DNA from: an uncultured virus (IMG/VR IMGVR_UViG_3300035447_000008)
Taxonomy: Duplodnaviria > Heunggongvirae > Uroviricota > Caudoviricetes
Strand: one strand, 5' to 3'
DNA: 64,000 nucleotides
IMG/VR virus record: IMGVR_UViG_3300035447_000008
Below the pieces are notes generated by a model. The model was not told the origin of the DNA. It ran no database searches and saw only the letters and a program-made list of their open reading frames with translations. Of the stretch, positions 10,196 to 18,944 are shown piece after piece. The stretch's first letter is position 1. Each line of letters opens with the position of its first letter. The translations under genes and the position numbers were made by a program.

Positions 10196-11875
10196 TTAAA
10201 AGTTCATAGCTTTTGATTCTGGATAGTAAATCCATCCTTCGTCATCAGGAACAACGTGCAGCCTTCCATCTTCAAGCTGAAGCATCGTGTCACAAACCCC
10301 TAGCTCTCCCCATTCTCTGTCCTTGAGGATTTTGGTTCGGACCCGGCCACGGGTTTCATCTGGTAGCACCTCATTCTCAAGAGCAACAATACAGCTGCTC
10401 ATTTGTTCAATACCAGATGAGCCACGAAGAAACTCCTTCCGAACTTGTCTCCAATAGGCTTTCGGCTCTTCGCCCTCTTTAAGCTTAGGCCCATTGTCCT
10501 CGACCCTCTTAAGGTGACAAACAGCGTGAATAGTCACTTCATTGTTTGTCATAAAAGCGGCCAGCTCTTCATAAAGCATGTCGATATCTTTGCGTTCGTT
10601 GTTGCTCTCCAAGCCCGCTACCACCATTGAAATGTGGTCAATAAAGATGTGTTCACACCCGCAAATAAAATGCAAATACTTAATCTGCTGCATAAGCTTG
10701 TCAACTTTCATAGAACCAAAGTGGTCTAAAAAGTAGGTCTTGCCGTTAGAGATAACCTTATCCTTAGCTTCAAGGATTTGTTCTCGTGTAGCAACAGACA
10801 AGGGATTCTTTCGGAAATCTGGTAGACGAACACCAAGCTCCAAAGCAACCAAAGACTGTTGTGTTTTCTTAGTTGGCTCTTCTAGAAAGATAAAACCCAC
10901 CTTGTATCCAGCCGCAACCAACTCCCATGCAATTTCACGATTCAGTGTAGACTTACCCACCCCACTAAATGCAGTGTAGGTAATTAGCTCGTTACCTGTT
11001 CGAATTCCGTGAAGCTTTTCCATAAGCTTAGGATATCGTTCAATGTAATGCCCTTCACGCAAAGGTTCAAGCAAAGAATCAATATCAACATCATCGCCAC
11101 AAATAATCTTCTCTGGGCTATATTTCTCCAGCCCGAAGGCCAGAATCTTGCCAAGTTCTGAAGCATAGCCTTGCAATACACAATCACGAGCATCCTTTAG
11201 GTTATGCGGGTGTGTGATTGTATAAATATTGTCGGACAACAGAAGACTTGCCACTTCTTCTTTTGCTTCCTTCCCCTTAAGAATATTCTTCTTAAGCTCC
11301 TTGGGTGTAGCAGAGTCGGAGTCGAACGCCAAAACAATATCAGAGAACGATTGAACAAACTCAAGATTATGCGCCACGGACTCTGCTGCATTTGCTGTGC
11401 CCATTGAAATAGACACAACGCTTGGTTCAATCTTTCCTTCATACTTGGTTCCACGAAGGCTTTCAAGGATCGCTCGGCGGGTTGCCGGAACCTCTTCCTC
11501 TCCTTCAACAATAATCAGCTTACGACCACCTTTCGGTGTCTGTGGCTGACCAAACATCTGGGCATTGATTTTAACTGTACCAACAACAGTAAAATGAAAA
11601 TCGTGGTCTTTTGGAACTGTCCAGTCTCGCTTTTTAAACCCAGTCAACTCTCCCGATTTGCTATAATATGGGAAGTATGTGGCTTCAATTGTCTTACCAT
11701 CCTTGGTACTGACACAAGATCGAATCTCATAAAACTCCGCATCTTCTTTAGTCAGTCCGCGTTCAGGGACTGGGAGACACTTGTACTTAAGAACATCTTC
11801 CAAGCTCTCTTTAGCAAAAACACTCTCACTTTCTCGCATCTTATCTCCTCGTTTATATTTTCGTTGGTATGTCAC
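10196..11875 (-). CDS. T7 gp4-like TOPRIM primase / DnaB-like helicase, no N-terminal Zn finger
   Basis: IVEGEEE, AFDSD, KDARD; Walker A AFSGVGKST, FLEE, IFIDH, CHLKR, LRGSSGIEQ, KDREWGELG. Confidence 0.95.
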   Translation of the reverse strand: MTYQRKYKRGDKMRESESVFAKESLEDVLKYKCLPVPERGLTKEDAEFYEIRSCVSTKDGKTIEATYFPYYSKSGELTGFKKRDWTVPKDHDFHFTVVGTVKINAQMFGQPQTPKGGRKLIIVEGEEEVPATRRAILESLRGTKYEGKIEPSVVSISMGTANAAESVAHNLEFVQSFSDIVLAFDSDSATPKELKKNILKGKEAKEEVASLLLSDNIYTITHPHNLKDARDCVLQGYASELGKILAFGLEKYSPEKIICGDDVDIDSLLEPLREGHYIERYPKLMEKLHGIRTGNELITYTAFSGVGKSTLNREIAWELVAAGYKVGFIFLEEPTKKTQQSLVALELGVRLPDFRKNPLSVATREQILEAKDKVISNGKTYFLDHFGSMKVDKLMQQIKYLHFICGCEHIFIDHISMVVAGLESNNERKDIDMLYEELAAFMTNNEVTIHAVCHLKRVEDNGPKLKEGEEPKAYWRQVRKEFLRGSSGIEQMSSCIVALENEVLPDETRGRVRTKILKDREWGELGVCDTMLQLEDGRLHVVPDDEGWIYYPESKAMNF

Positions 11876-11890
11876 AGCCCTGTCCCCATA

Positions 11891-12148
11891 TCAATATTCA
11901 ACTTCATCAACTTGCGCTTGATAATAACCCTCCCGATACCCCACATCATACCCTTCTTGATTAGCCTTCTCAGCAATCCTCTCAGCCTCAGCTTCAGAAA
12001 TCATCCCCTGAAAGATGTGTTCAAGGAAATCGCTCATATCATAGGAGCCGCACGTAATCAACCCCCTATAGGCATAGGAGCGAAGGTCTTCTGGAGAATA
12101 TTGACGGAAGCCCTTTAAAATATTAATTTCCATAATTATTCCTCCCAT
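11891..12148 (-). CDS. Hypothetical protein
   Basis: ORF in operon; true start probably MEIN after GGGAGG. Confidence 0.65.
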   Translation of the reverse strand: MGGIIMEINILKGFRQYSPEDLRSYAYRGLITCGSYDMSDFLEHIFQGMISEAEAERIAEKANQEGYDVGYREGYYQAQVDEVEY

Positions 12149-12408
12149 TGTCCACGTTGTACACAGAATTTAGCTGGTATCATTGTCTTCGTAGCAGCAT
12201 TGTACATTATTTGTGTTTGCCATTCATTGAATGGCCCTTTCTTAGATTCTTCCATTCCAGCATAAAGTAGGAAGAATACACCCATTGCACACCAGAATAC
12301 AAAGCCAACCATTGCAATTTTGTTGTCGTACAGTGATTGCGTCAGCAAGAAAAAGAACACCACAAAATACCCAACAACAATCAACGTAATCAAGAAGGCT
12401 TCAAACAT
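12136..12408 (-). CDS. Small membrane protein, two TM helices
   Basis: Two hydrophobic stretches; RBS. Confidence 0.7.
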   Translation of the reverse strand: MFEAFLITLIVVGYFVVFFFLLTQSLYDNKIAMVGFVFWCAMGVFFLLYAGMEESKKGPFNEWQTQIMYNAATKTMIPAKFCVQRGQWEE

Positions 12409-12418
12409 AAATCATTCC

Positions 12419-13393
12419 TCACCAAGAAGTGTCATAGTATTCTTTCAGGGTATTGTAGTCACTCATCAACTCAGCGTCAACCTTCCCGTAAAGAACCGAA
12501 TAATTGTGACATGTGTCCCGAAAGATTCGACCATCAATGTCATCATATTCATGGGCAAGCTCAAAGATTTCATCGTAGATTTCCTGATCTTCTGGGGTTT
12601 CTACAGTGAAGGAAGAAATGGCGTATTGTACACGACCATACCCATCGTTCCAGTCATTACGGGTGTCCTCCATTGCTCGTGCAAGCTTGAAATATTTACA
12701 CTTGCTGTCGAGGATGTCAAGCACATCAGACCAATCATTATCTTCTGTCAAACCATACTTAACCTGCAAGCGAGCTTTAGCCAGCACCTCTTTCTTAGCT
12801 TTTTCTGCTTTCACTTTCTCGGCCTCAGCGGAACGAATCTTTCCTTTCAAATCGTTTGCAATTCGCTTAAAGGTTTCTGGATAGCTGTTGAGGTCACGAA
12901 GCTTTTGCTCATAACCATCGGAAGTCTTAACATTTCGCTGCAAATCACCAATGTAGCCTGCCGTGTGACGTGTTTCTGTCTTGTTTCGACTACGACTCGA
13001 TTTGTATTCGTAAGTGCTGTAGCCGGACGGGATTTTGAGAGTGTCCCGCATCAACAATGACACTTTCTCATGAATCTTGAGGTTGTTCTCAATAGCTGGA
13101 ACGTTTACATTGTGGGCATCTGTAAGCTTCTGAATGTCCTCTGTGAGAACAGAAAGAGCCTTTTCGAGAAGCTTGTCCACTTCCTCAACAGTGTTCGGTT
13201 CACGTGTAGATGACCAATAACCGCCCTCAATCTTCCATCCATGAGCAACAGCCCAACATGCACTCCCAGCTCGTGGAAGGTCGTTAATTTTCATAGGTGG
13301 AGGGAAAGCATCATCAGCCTTTTTCTTAAGCACTTCCACTTGTGCCTTCAAAGCATCAAAGGCCTTGTCTACGCTGTCAACCCAAGTATTCAT
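12419..13393 (-). CDS. Hypothetical protein (helical)
   Basis: 324-aa ORF with GGAGG RBS in operon orientation. Confidence 0.85.
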   Translation of the reverse strand: MNTWVDSVDKAFDALKAQVEVLKKKADDAFPPPMKINDLPRAGSACWAVAHGWKIEGGYWSSTREPNTVEEVDKLLEKALSVLTEDIQKLTDAHNVNVPAIENNLKIHEKVSLLMRDTLKIPSGYSTYEYKSSRSRNKTETRHTAGYIGDLQRNVKTSDGYEQKLRDLNSYPETFKRIANDLKGKIRSAEAEKVKAEKAKKEVLAKARLQVKYGLTEDNDWSDVLDILDSKCKYFKLARAMEDTRNDWNDGYGRVQYAISSFTVETPEDQEIYDEIFELAHEYDDIDGRIFRDTCHNYSVLYGKVDAELMSDYNTLKEYYDTSW

Positions 13394-13395
13394 CT

Positions 13396-13578
13396 CTATT
13401 CCTCCATATATTCGATTTGTTCCACCATCTTAACAACAAATGGACGAGAAAACAAATAGACTGTGGCTCCTTTTTCATCCTCTGAAATACAGGCAGCAAT
13501 CTGTGTTCCTCCGTTCTTCAAATACATATCAATCTCACGAAGAAGAGAGGATTTTGATTTATGGAGTGTCTGTTGCAT
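13396..13578 (-). CDS. Hypothetical protein
   Basis: ORF with AAGGAG RBS. Confidence 0.65.
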   Translation of the reverse strand: MQQTLHKSKSSLLREIDMYLKNGGTQIAACISEDEKGATVYLFSRPFVVKMVEQIEYMEE

Positions 13579-13590
13579 TACTTGTTCTCC

Positions 13591-13989
13591 TTAATAGGAA
13601 CGATATACTTGTTTTAGCTCATCTACAAGACGTTGATTCTGCTCCTCAAGCTCTTTGATTCGTTCCTTAAGGATTGTCTCTCCCATGCTAGGAAGCAGAG
13701 CAACAGCCAGTTGCTTCATATCCATCCGCCAACCTTGTACACTAATCAGATGCTCTGCGCCATATGTATCACTTACAGTGAACGATTGCTCACTCACTTG
13801 TGTAATTTTCCCTTGCAAGATGTTTTCAATGCAACCAGCAACACGATAGGAAATATTGCATTCTGTGTCTGTCTCTACATATGGAAGATAATCAGTGTAA
13901 AGACGAGACATAATGTCTTCAAGCACATCACCAGCTTTTTGCTTAAGCTCCTCAAGAGCGTCTTGTAGAATCTTTTCTTTTGTGCTCAC
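13591..13989 (-). CDS. Hypothetical protein
   Basis: ORF with GGAGG RBS. Confidence 0.75.
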   Translation of the reverse strand: MSTKEKILQDALEELKQKAGDVLEDIMSRLYTDYLPYVETDTECNISYRVAGCIENILQGKITQVSEQSFTVSDTYGAEHLISVQGWRMDMKQLAVALLPSMGETILKERIKELEEQNQRLVDELKQVYRSY

Positions 13990-14161
13990 TTCACCACCTC
14001 CAATTTAACAGACTTCTTTTCCGTAGGCTCAGGCTCATTATAAAAGCTTTCCTGTCTCATAGAAATCTCAGCTTCAATAATATCTTTGAATGTATACAGG
14101 CCAGACAAAGAAATATTCTTTAGATGCTCTGCTACAGGAAGCCAGAGAGACATATCGTCAT

Positions 14162-15022
14162 TCACTTATCTTCCTCCACAAAACGAAGACCTGATTCATA
14201 AAGATGTGCAGCAACATCAGTATAACCAGACATACGTTCGGTTTCAATCAACACGTCCGAGATAGCGTCAATAACCTTCTTTCGCTCTTGTGCTGCAATT
14301 TCATCATCTGAATACGAAGGGCGGAACTCACCGGCCTCACCGTATAGTATTTCAGTGGATGTCTGCATAATGGCTAGCGTAGTTCCATAATCCTCCCCAA
14401 CGTATACGATCGTTCCTTTCAGCCACTGCATCAAGTCGTTCTGACACTCGCACACCGTCCCAACGGGAGGAAGCTCTCCGTTTTCATACCATGAATTGTC
14501 TTGAGCTTTTGGGGTATCTTTCATAAGCTTAAACTCTTGCAAATATGCGTTGAGCATTGAAACCTCGACACTGTTTTGATTGATCCAATAGGAACCAAGT
14601 GTACCATCTTTTACAACATTTAGGATAGAGCCTTTTGGGACTGATGGTTCGTAGCATCCTGCCACCAACTCCACCTTATCACCAACCTTAAATTCCATCT
14701 TCATTTCCTCTGTATTGTTTGGAGTAGATTCGCTTACACCATAAGACACAACGTCGTTTTCTGCACTGATTTTCTGCACTAAATAACCACTTTCGTTTGA
14801 CTTCTGAAGCTCTTCTGTGGCTTCGTGGTTGATTTCTGATTCTCCCACCCACCAAACCCTACCTTTACTGCCCAACGTGTAAATAGTATAGTGCTCTACA
14901 TCTGTTCCTGCATCACACAACCCTCCAATGCGTACTGCTACGCCGGGTGTGAAACCCTTGTGGGTATCTACAGTTTCACCAAGCACCACCACGTCATCAA
15001 GATTATATTTAAGACTCATCAC
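14162..15022 (-). CDS. Hypothetical multi-module protein (SH3-like repeats; WYENGELPPVG motif)
   Basis: 286-aa ORF; repeated small beta modules. Confidence 0.8.
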   Translation of the reverse strand: MMSLKYNLDDVVVLGETVDTHKGFTPGVAVRIGGLCDAGTDVEHYTIYTLGSKGRVWWVGESEINHEATEELQKSNESGYLVQKISAENDVVSYGVSESTPNNTEEMKMEFKVGDKVELVAGCYEPSVPKGSILNVVKDGTLGSYWINQNSVEVSMLNAYLQEFKLMKDTPKAQDNSWYENGELPPVGTVCECQNDLMQWLKGTIVYVGEDYGTTLAIMQTSTEILYGEAGEFRPSYSDDEIAAQERKKVIDAISDVLIETERMSGYTDVAAHLYESGLRFVEEDK

Positions 15023-15255
15023 TCAGCCTCCACAATCCAATGTTTAATTTTCTTTTCGTAAGCCTTACTCAAACGCTCGGTTATATTGCTGGTCACTCTA
15101 GACTTGCGATTCACTGCAACCTCCAGATCATTAAACTGAAACTTAACATAGGCAACCATCGGAAGCAAGCTAAGAAGCTCAATACTCTGCTCGACGGCAT
15201 CTGAGATGCTTGTCCCTGCCAAGAAATCTACCTGTAATTCCATAGAAGCTTTCAT
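15019..15255 (-). CDS. Hypothetical protein
   Basis: ORF with GGAGG RBS. Confidence 0.7.
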   Translation of the reverse strand: MKASMELQVDFLAGTSISDAVEQSIELLSLLPMVAYVKFQFNDLEVAVNRKSRVTSNITERLSKAYEKKIKHWIVEAE

Positions 15256-15418
15256 TCTTCTTCCTCCAACATCAGTTGATAGCGAGCCTCTTGCTTATCT
15301 GTGTAGGAGATGTCACATCCTGACATCATCCCATTCTTACGGCTTTCCTTCTTCTTGTCAAGCTCAATTTTAGGCTTGTTGAAGGAGAATGTGTGTTTCT
15401 TGACAATGTTACGTTGTT

Positions 15419-15708
15419 TCATTTTAGCTCAAAACCTGTCTGATTAAGGAATTCTACAAGCCGTTTCGCCAACCTGTAGCTCTGCTGATCTTCTACAAAA
15501 CGATTACCGTCTTCTGGCGTCCAACCGTGCAAGACCTCCCTTGTACTGGCGAAGGGGGTAGCAGAGTAATCTGGTTTAAAACCCTAAGCACATTCTCACC
15601 ATCATAACAAACCACCGTACCATAATACTTACCAACCAACGGGGCCAAGGCCCACAGTCGACCCGAGTCTGCTTTTTCTTCATGCTCAACCCGATTGATC
15701 GTTTCCAT
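15419..15708 (-). pseudogene. Frameshifted small gene (possible -1 programmed frameshift or 1-nt deletion)
   Basis: Zero frame stops at 15493. The -1 frame from T_TTA_AAC (15574-15580) reads FKPDYSATPF...TGFELK to TGA at 15419, overlapping the next ATG. Confidence 0.6.
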
Positions 15709-16075
15709 TTTCTCTCCTAGCCTCTTCGGCTTTCTGTTGTCGATGGGCATATTCTACATCAACATCTCAGAAAGCATAATTGTAAATTTCTATCGAAAGG
15801 GTAGAGGGTGATAGAGGAAATTGTAGGAGGTGGTGTGTTGACATTTAGGGGAGGATGGGTGGAGAATTGGTGGTGATTTTATAGGCAGTTTTATGAATTT
15901 GTGTTCTGGGTTTTTCTCTGAAACCCTTGCAGCACTAAGGCTGGAGAGCATTTTATTGTAGATTTTAACCCCATCCCGGTACTAAGGCTGGGTGGAAATT
16001 TGTAATACGCGGCCTGAATGTAAAGATTGTGTAAAGATGGTTGCACATACATTTTTCCGTGGTACTATTCACCCA

Positions 16076-16520
16076 TAGATTCAAAGAGGCGTTTCGGCAT
16101 GGTTCCCTCGGTTCAGCGACCAAAAGCAAAACCTGACACAAACCGATTTGTTTAGATTGCACGGAAGCAATTGTTGAGACAAATGACGGATACTGAAAAG
16201 TTAGTGCTGGCAATGACGACCTCTGTCAACCAGTGACCTGCATAATGGAATCTCGAAAGAGAAGGCCCGTAAGAAAAGAAAGAAATTTGTTTTCTGCCTG
16301 TTTGACGCGAATACCTGAGACAGTCGTAGCGTCTTATAGTGGTGAGGGTTAAGTCACCAAGGGAATGCCACCTACGGGCAAGGTGGTTAAGGCAATGCTG
16401 TGTGCCTTGAGAGATAGAATCTTGTTCTCCTTCTGCTTTACTGAGCAGATGTGATTATCCTTAGAATACTGAGTGTATTCAAGTGGGCGCATTGGTGCCT
16501 GCTGGGTAGTTGCAGGGAAT
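16076..16520 (+). ncRNA. Putative highly structured non-coding RNA or long leader
   Basis: Follows TTGCAC-N16-TACTAT (16041-16068); about 10 consecutive hairpins including TCTC-GAAA-GAGA; no plausible plus-strand ORF. Confidence 0.55.
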
Positions 16521-16558
16521 GAGAGAGGGTAGGTTTATCTAAAATTTAAGGAGATGGA

Positions 16559-17299
16559 GTGGATTATAGAAAGCACTATGCAAAGTTAATTTCTACAAGG
16601 ATTAACCTAAAAAGAGAAAAGTCAAAGGCAGATTATTACGAGTGTCACCACATAATTCCTAGGTGTCTTGGAGGGAGTGACGACAAAGATAACTTAATTC
16701 TCTTAACTGCAAGAGAACATTTTATTGCGCACCGACTTTTGAATAAGATGCACCCAAACGAGAAAGGGCTTTTGTGGGCTGTTTTGTTTTTGTGTGGTAA
16801 ATTCTCAAAATCTAATGACACCCGAATAACCAATAGGGTGTATGAAAAGTTGAGGCGCGAATCCTCCGAGCAGAGGATTAAACAAGCTGAACACGAAGAT
16901 TGTTTGCCGATTATGATGAATTTTAAGGTAAAGAGGGAAATTTGCAACACCCTCCGTCCCGTTCAGCGCATGGGAGAGAAAATAAGTAAGAGACAGCTTA
17001 CGTCCATAAACCTTTTATTGGGCAACCTGATAGGAGCAGCAATGTTAGATTGTAGCCTAACATACCCAAGGAGTAGAAGTCTCGTTTTTAGCAACAAAAA
17101 AGTCTCTGTTCACTCTATACTTCGCGCCGAGGAAATTTTGTTGCGTCTTGGGTATATAGAGTCCGTTCTAATAGACTCCACAAGCCCACTAGCTAAGAGG
17201 AAAAGGTGCAAGGTCACGCCATCGGGTAAGTTACTTCTCGATTTTGAAGCGTGTTCAGTGGCTTGTAAAGAGGAGATGGAAAGGTGCCTAGCTTCGTAG
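16559..17299 (+). CDS. HNH endonuclease (T4 Mob-like N-terminus) fused to a winged-helix-like domain
   Basis: YECHHIIPRCLGGSDDKDNLILLTAREHFIAH; C-terminal EILLRLGYIE..KVTPSGK. Confidence 0.9.
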   Translation: MDYRKHYAKLISTRINLKREKSKADYYECHHIIPRCLGGSDDKDNLILLTAREHFIAHRLLNKMHPNEKGLLWAVLFLCGKFSKSNDTRITNRVYEKLRRESSEQRIKQAEHEDCLPIMMNFKVKREICNTLRPVQRMGEKISKRQLTSINLLLGNLIGAAMLDCSLTYPRSRSLVFSNKKVSVHSILRAEEILLRLGYIESVLIDSTSPLAKRKRCKVTPSGKLLLDFEACSVACKEEMERCLAS

Positions 17300-17439
17300 T
17301 GGCAGAGCGACATGAAGAGCTTTTGATTCAGACAATGGGCGATTGCTTTCGTAAGCGTTTTGGGGTTGACACGTTGGTGCCAGTGACTGTAAGCTTCAAA
17401 CAAGACGGGACAGTGTATAAGAACCACATTTTGGCGTAG
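17284..17439 (+). CDS. Small hypothetical protein (below ORF-track cutoff)
   Basis: GAGGAG RBS, GTG start, MPSFVVAERHEELLIQ...NHILA. Confidence 0.5.
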   Translation: MPSFVVAERHEELLIQTMGDCFRKRFGVDTLVPVTVSFKQDGTVYKNHILA

Positions 17440-17521
17440 GAGAGAAGTCCTTACAATCGTAAGGAAAGCATGTAACATCCTTGAAAATTGACAATATCCG
17501 TACGAACGTGAGGATTTAAAG

Positions 17522-17857
17522 ATGAAAATTCTAGAAGACAAAGGATATAAATGCTGGAAAACTGACCAAAACGAATACAGCACCACAAAACATTATCAGC
17601 GACGTGTTGATAGGGACGCTTGGTTTGATGCTCCGCTGTGCCGTTGTAATGAGAAGTTGTGTATTAACATCGATGAGCATCAATTCTCAGTTGGTGAGAT
17701 TAGCGGACACTCGTTCACTGTAAGTATTTGTGCAGAGGGCGAGGATGGAGACTGGTGCGATATCAAGATTTACGGTATCAAACCTGATGAGATTGAGAAA
17801 AAGATTGACAGCTTTGAAGACAAGGTGTTGAATATGTGGAAAGCATTCAACGAGTAA
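17522..17857 (+). CDS. Hypothetical protein
   Basis: ORF with GAGGA RBS. Confidence 0.75.
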   Translation: MKILEDKGYKCWKTDQNEYSTTKHYQRRVDRDAWFDAPLCRCNEKLCINIDEHQFSVGEISGHSFTVSICAEGEDGDWCDIKIYGIKPDEIEKKIDSFEDKVLNMWKAFNE

Positions 17858-18120
17858 CGACTTTAAATGAACACATATTCATCTAAGCTATACAATATGC
17901 TTATTGAAGCAGGGTTTTCCATAGAAAAGATTGATAGGCTCTGGACAATCTTTAGCTTGACGGCTGATAAGAAACAGCCTATTCTGTGGTCAGCTTCATT
18001 GGGAAGCCTTCTAAAACAAGCTGAAATTGAATTAGGAATGTGAGAAATGAACACAGAACTTGAGTTCGTATTGGCAGGTCGAAGACCCATTTTAAAACTA
18101 AACAAACTGAGGTAAATACT

Positions 18121-18744
18121 GTGCGTAAGAAAAAGAAATTAGTGTGTGGTGTTGGTTGGAACGATGCTGACTACCAGATAACAGAACAACAGGTCACAAT
18201 TGATGAGTACGGTGGGAAGAAGAAGATTACGTGGATGTGCCCGTTCTACTGGAAATGGAAAAGCATGTTGCAACGGTGTTATTCCCCTAAACTACAAGAA
18301 AGAAGACCGACCTACGTTGGTTGTTGTGTTTGCGAAGAGTGGCTTACATTCTCTAATTTCAAAGCTTGGATGGAGGTACAAGATTGGGAGGGTAAGCAGC
18401 TTGATAAAGACTTGCTAACTCCGGGAAACAAAGTATATTCTCCAGAAACATGCGTATTTGTAGACAAACGGGTTAATCTATTTCTAATAGAGTGCTCCGC
18501 TACCCGAGGGGGGTGCATAATTGGTGTCTGCTGGCATAGAGGGGCTAATAAATTTCAGGCGCTGTGTGGCGATGGATCAGGAAAGCAGAAACATCTCGGT
18601 TGTTTTAACACAGAACTCGAAGCTCACAAAGCATGGCTTGCTTTTAAGCTTGAACAAGCTAAAATTCTTGCTGCCGAACAAACAGACACCAGAGTAGCAA
18701 AGGCTCTTGTTGATCGTTATGAGAACTACGATCTTCAAGAGTAA
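18121..18744 (+). CDS. HNH homing endonuclease (LDKD type, AP2-like C-terminus)
   Basis: WKSMLQRCY..VCEEWLTFSNFKAWM..LDKDLL..YSPETC; paralog of 52167-52754. Confidence 0.9.
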   Translation: MRKKKKLVCGVGWNDADYQITEQQVTIDEYGGKKKITWMCPFYWKWKSMLQRCYSPKLQERRPTYVGCCVCEEWLTFSNFKAWMEVQDWEGKQLDKDLLTPGNKVYSPETCVFVDKRVNLFLIECSATRGGCIIGVCWHRGANKFQALCGDGSGKQKHLGCFNTELEAHKAWLAFKLEQAKILAAEQTDTRVAKALVDRYENYDLQE

Positions 18745-18944
18745 AACTCCTCCTCGTCAGACAGCAATATTAGTGCTAGAATTGTTGAAGATTGTGAACA
18801 TGCTATTAAACTTGGGTATAGCGTTCTTGTGCAGCATTTGAAGCATTGGGAAAGCTATACAGCACAAGATGATGAGGATAAGGGGTATGTCCAAGCCCTT
18901 AAAGATTTTGAAGATAAATTGTTTACAATGGGGGGCGGATTGTT

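Noticed and set aside
12320..13060. 246-aa plus-strand ORF, and similar antisense ORFs such as 21119-21817 and 32937-33518
   Set aside because: Fully antisense to better supported genes, lacking RBS and motifs.
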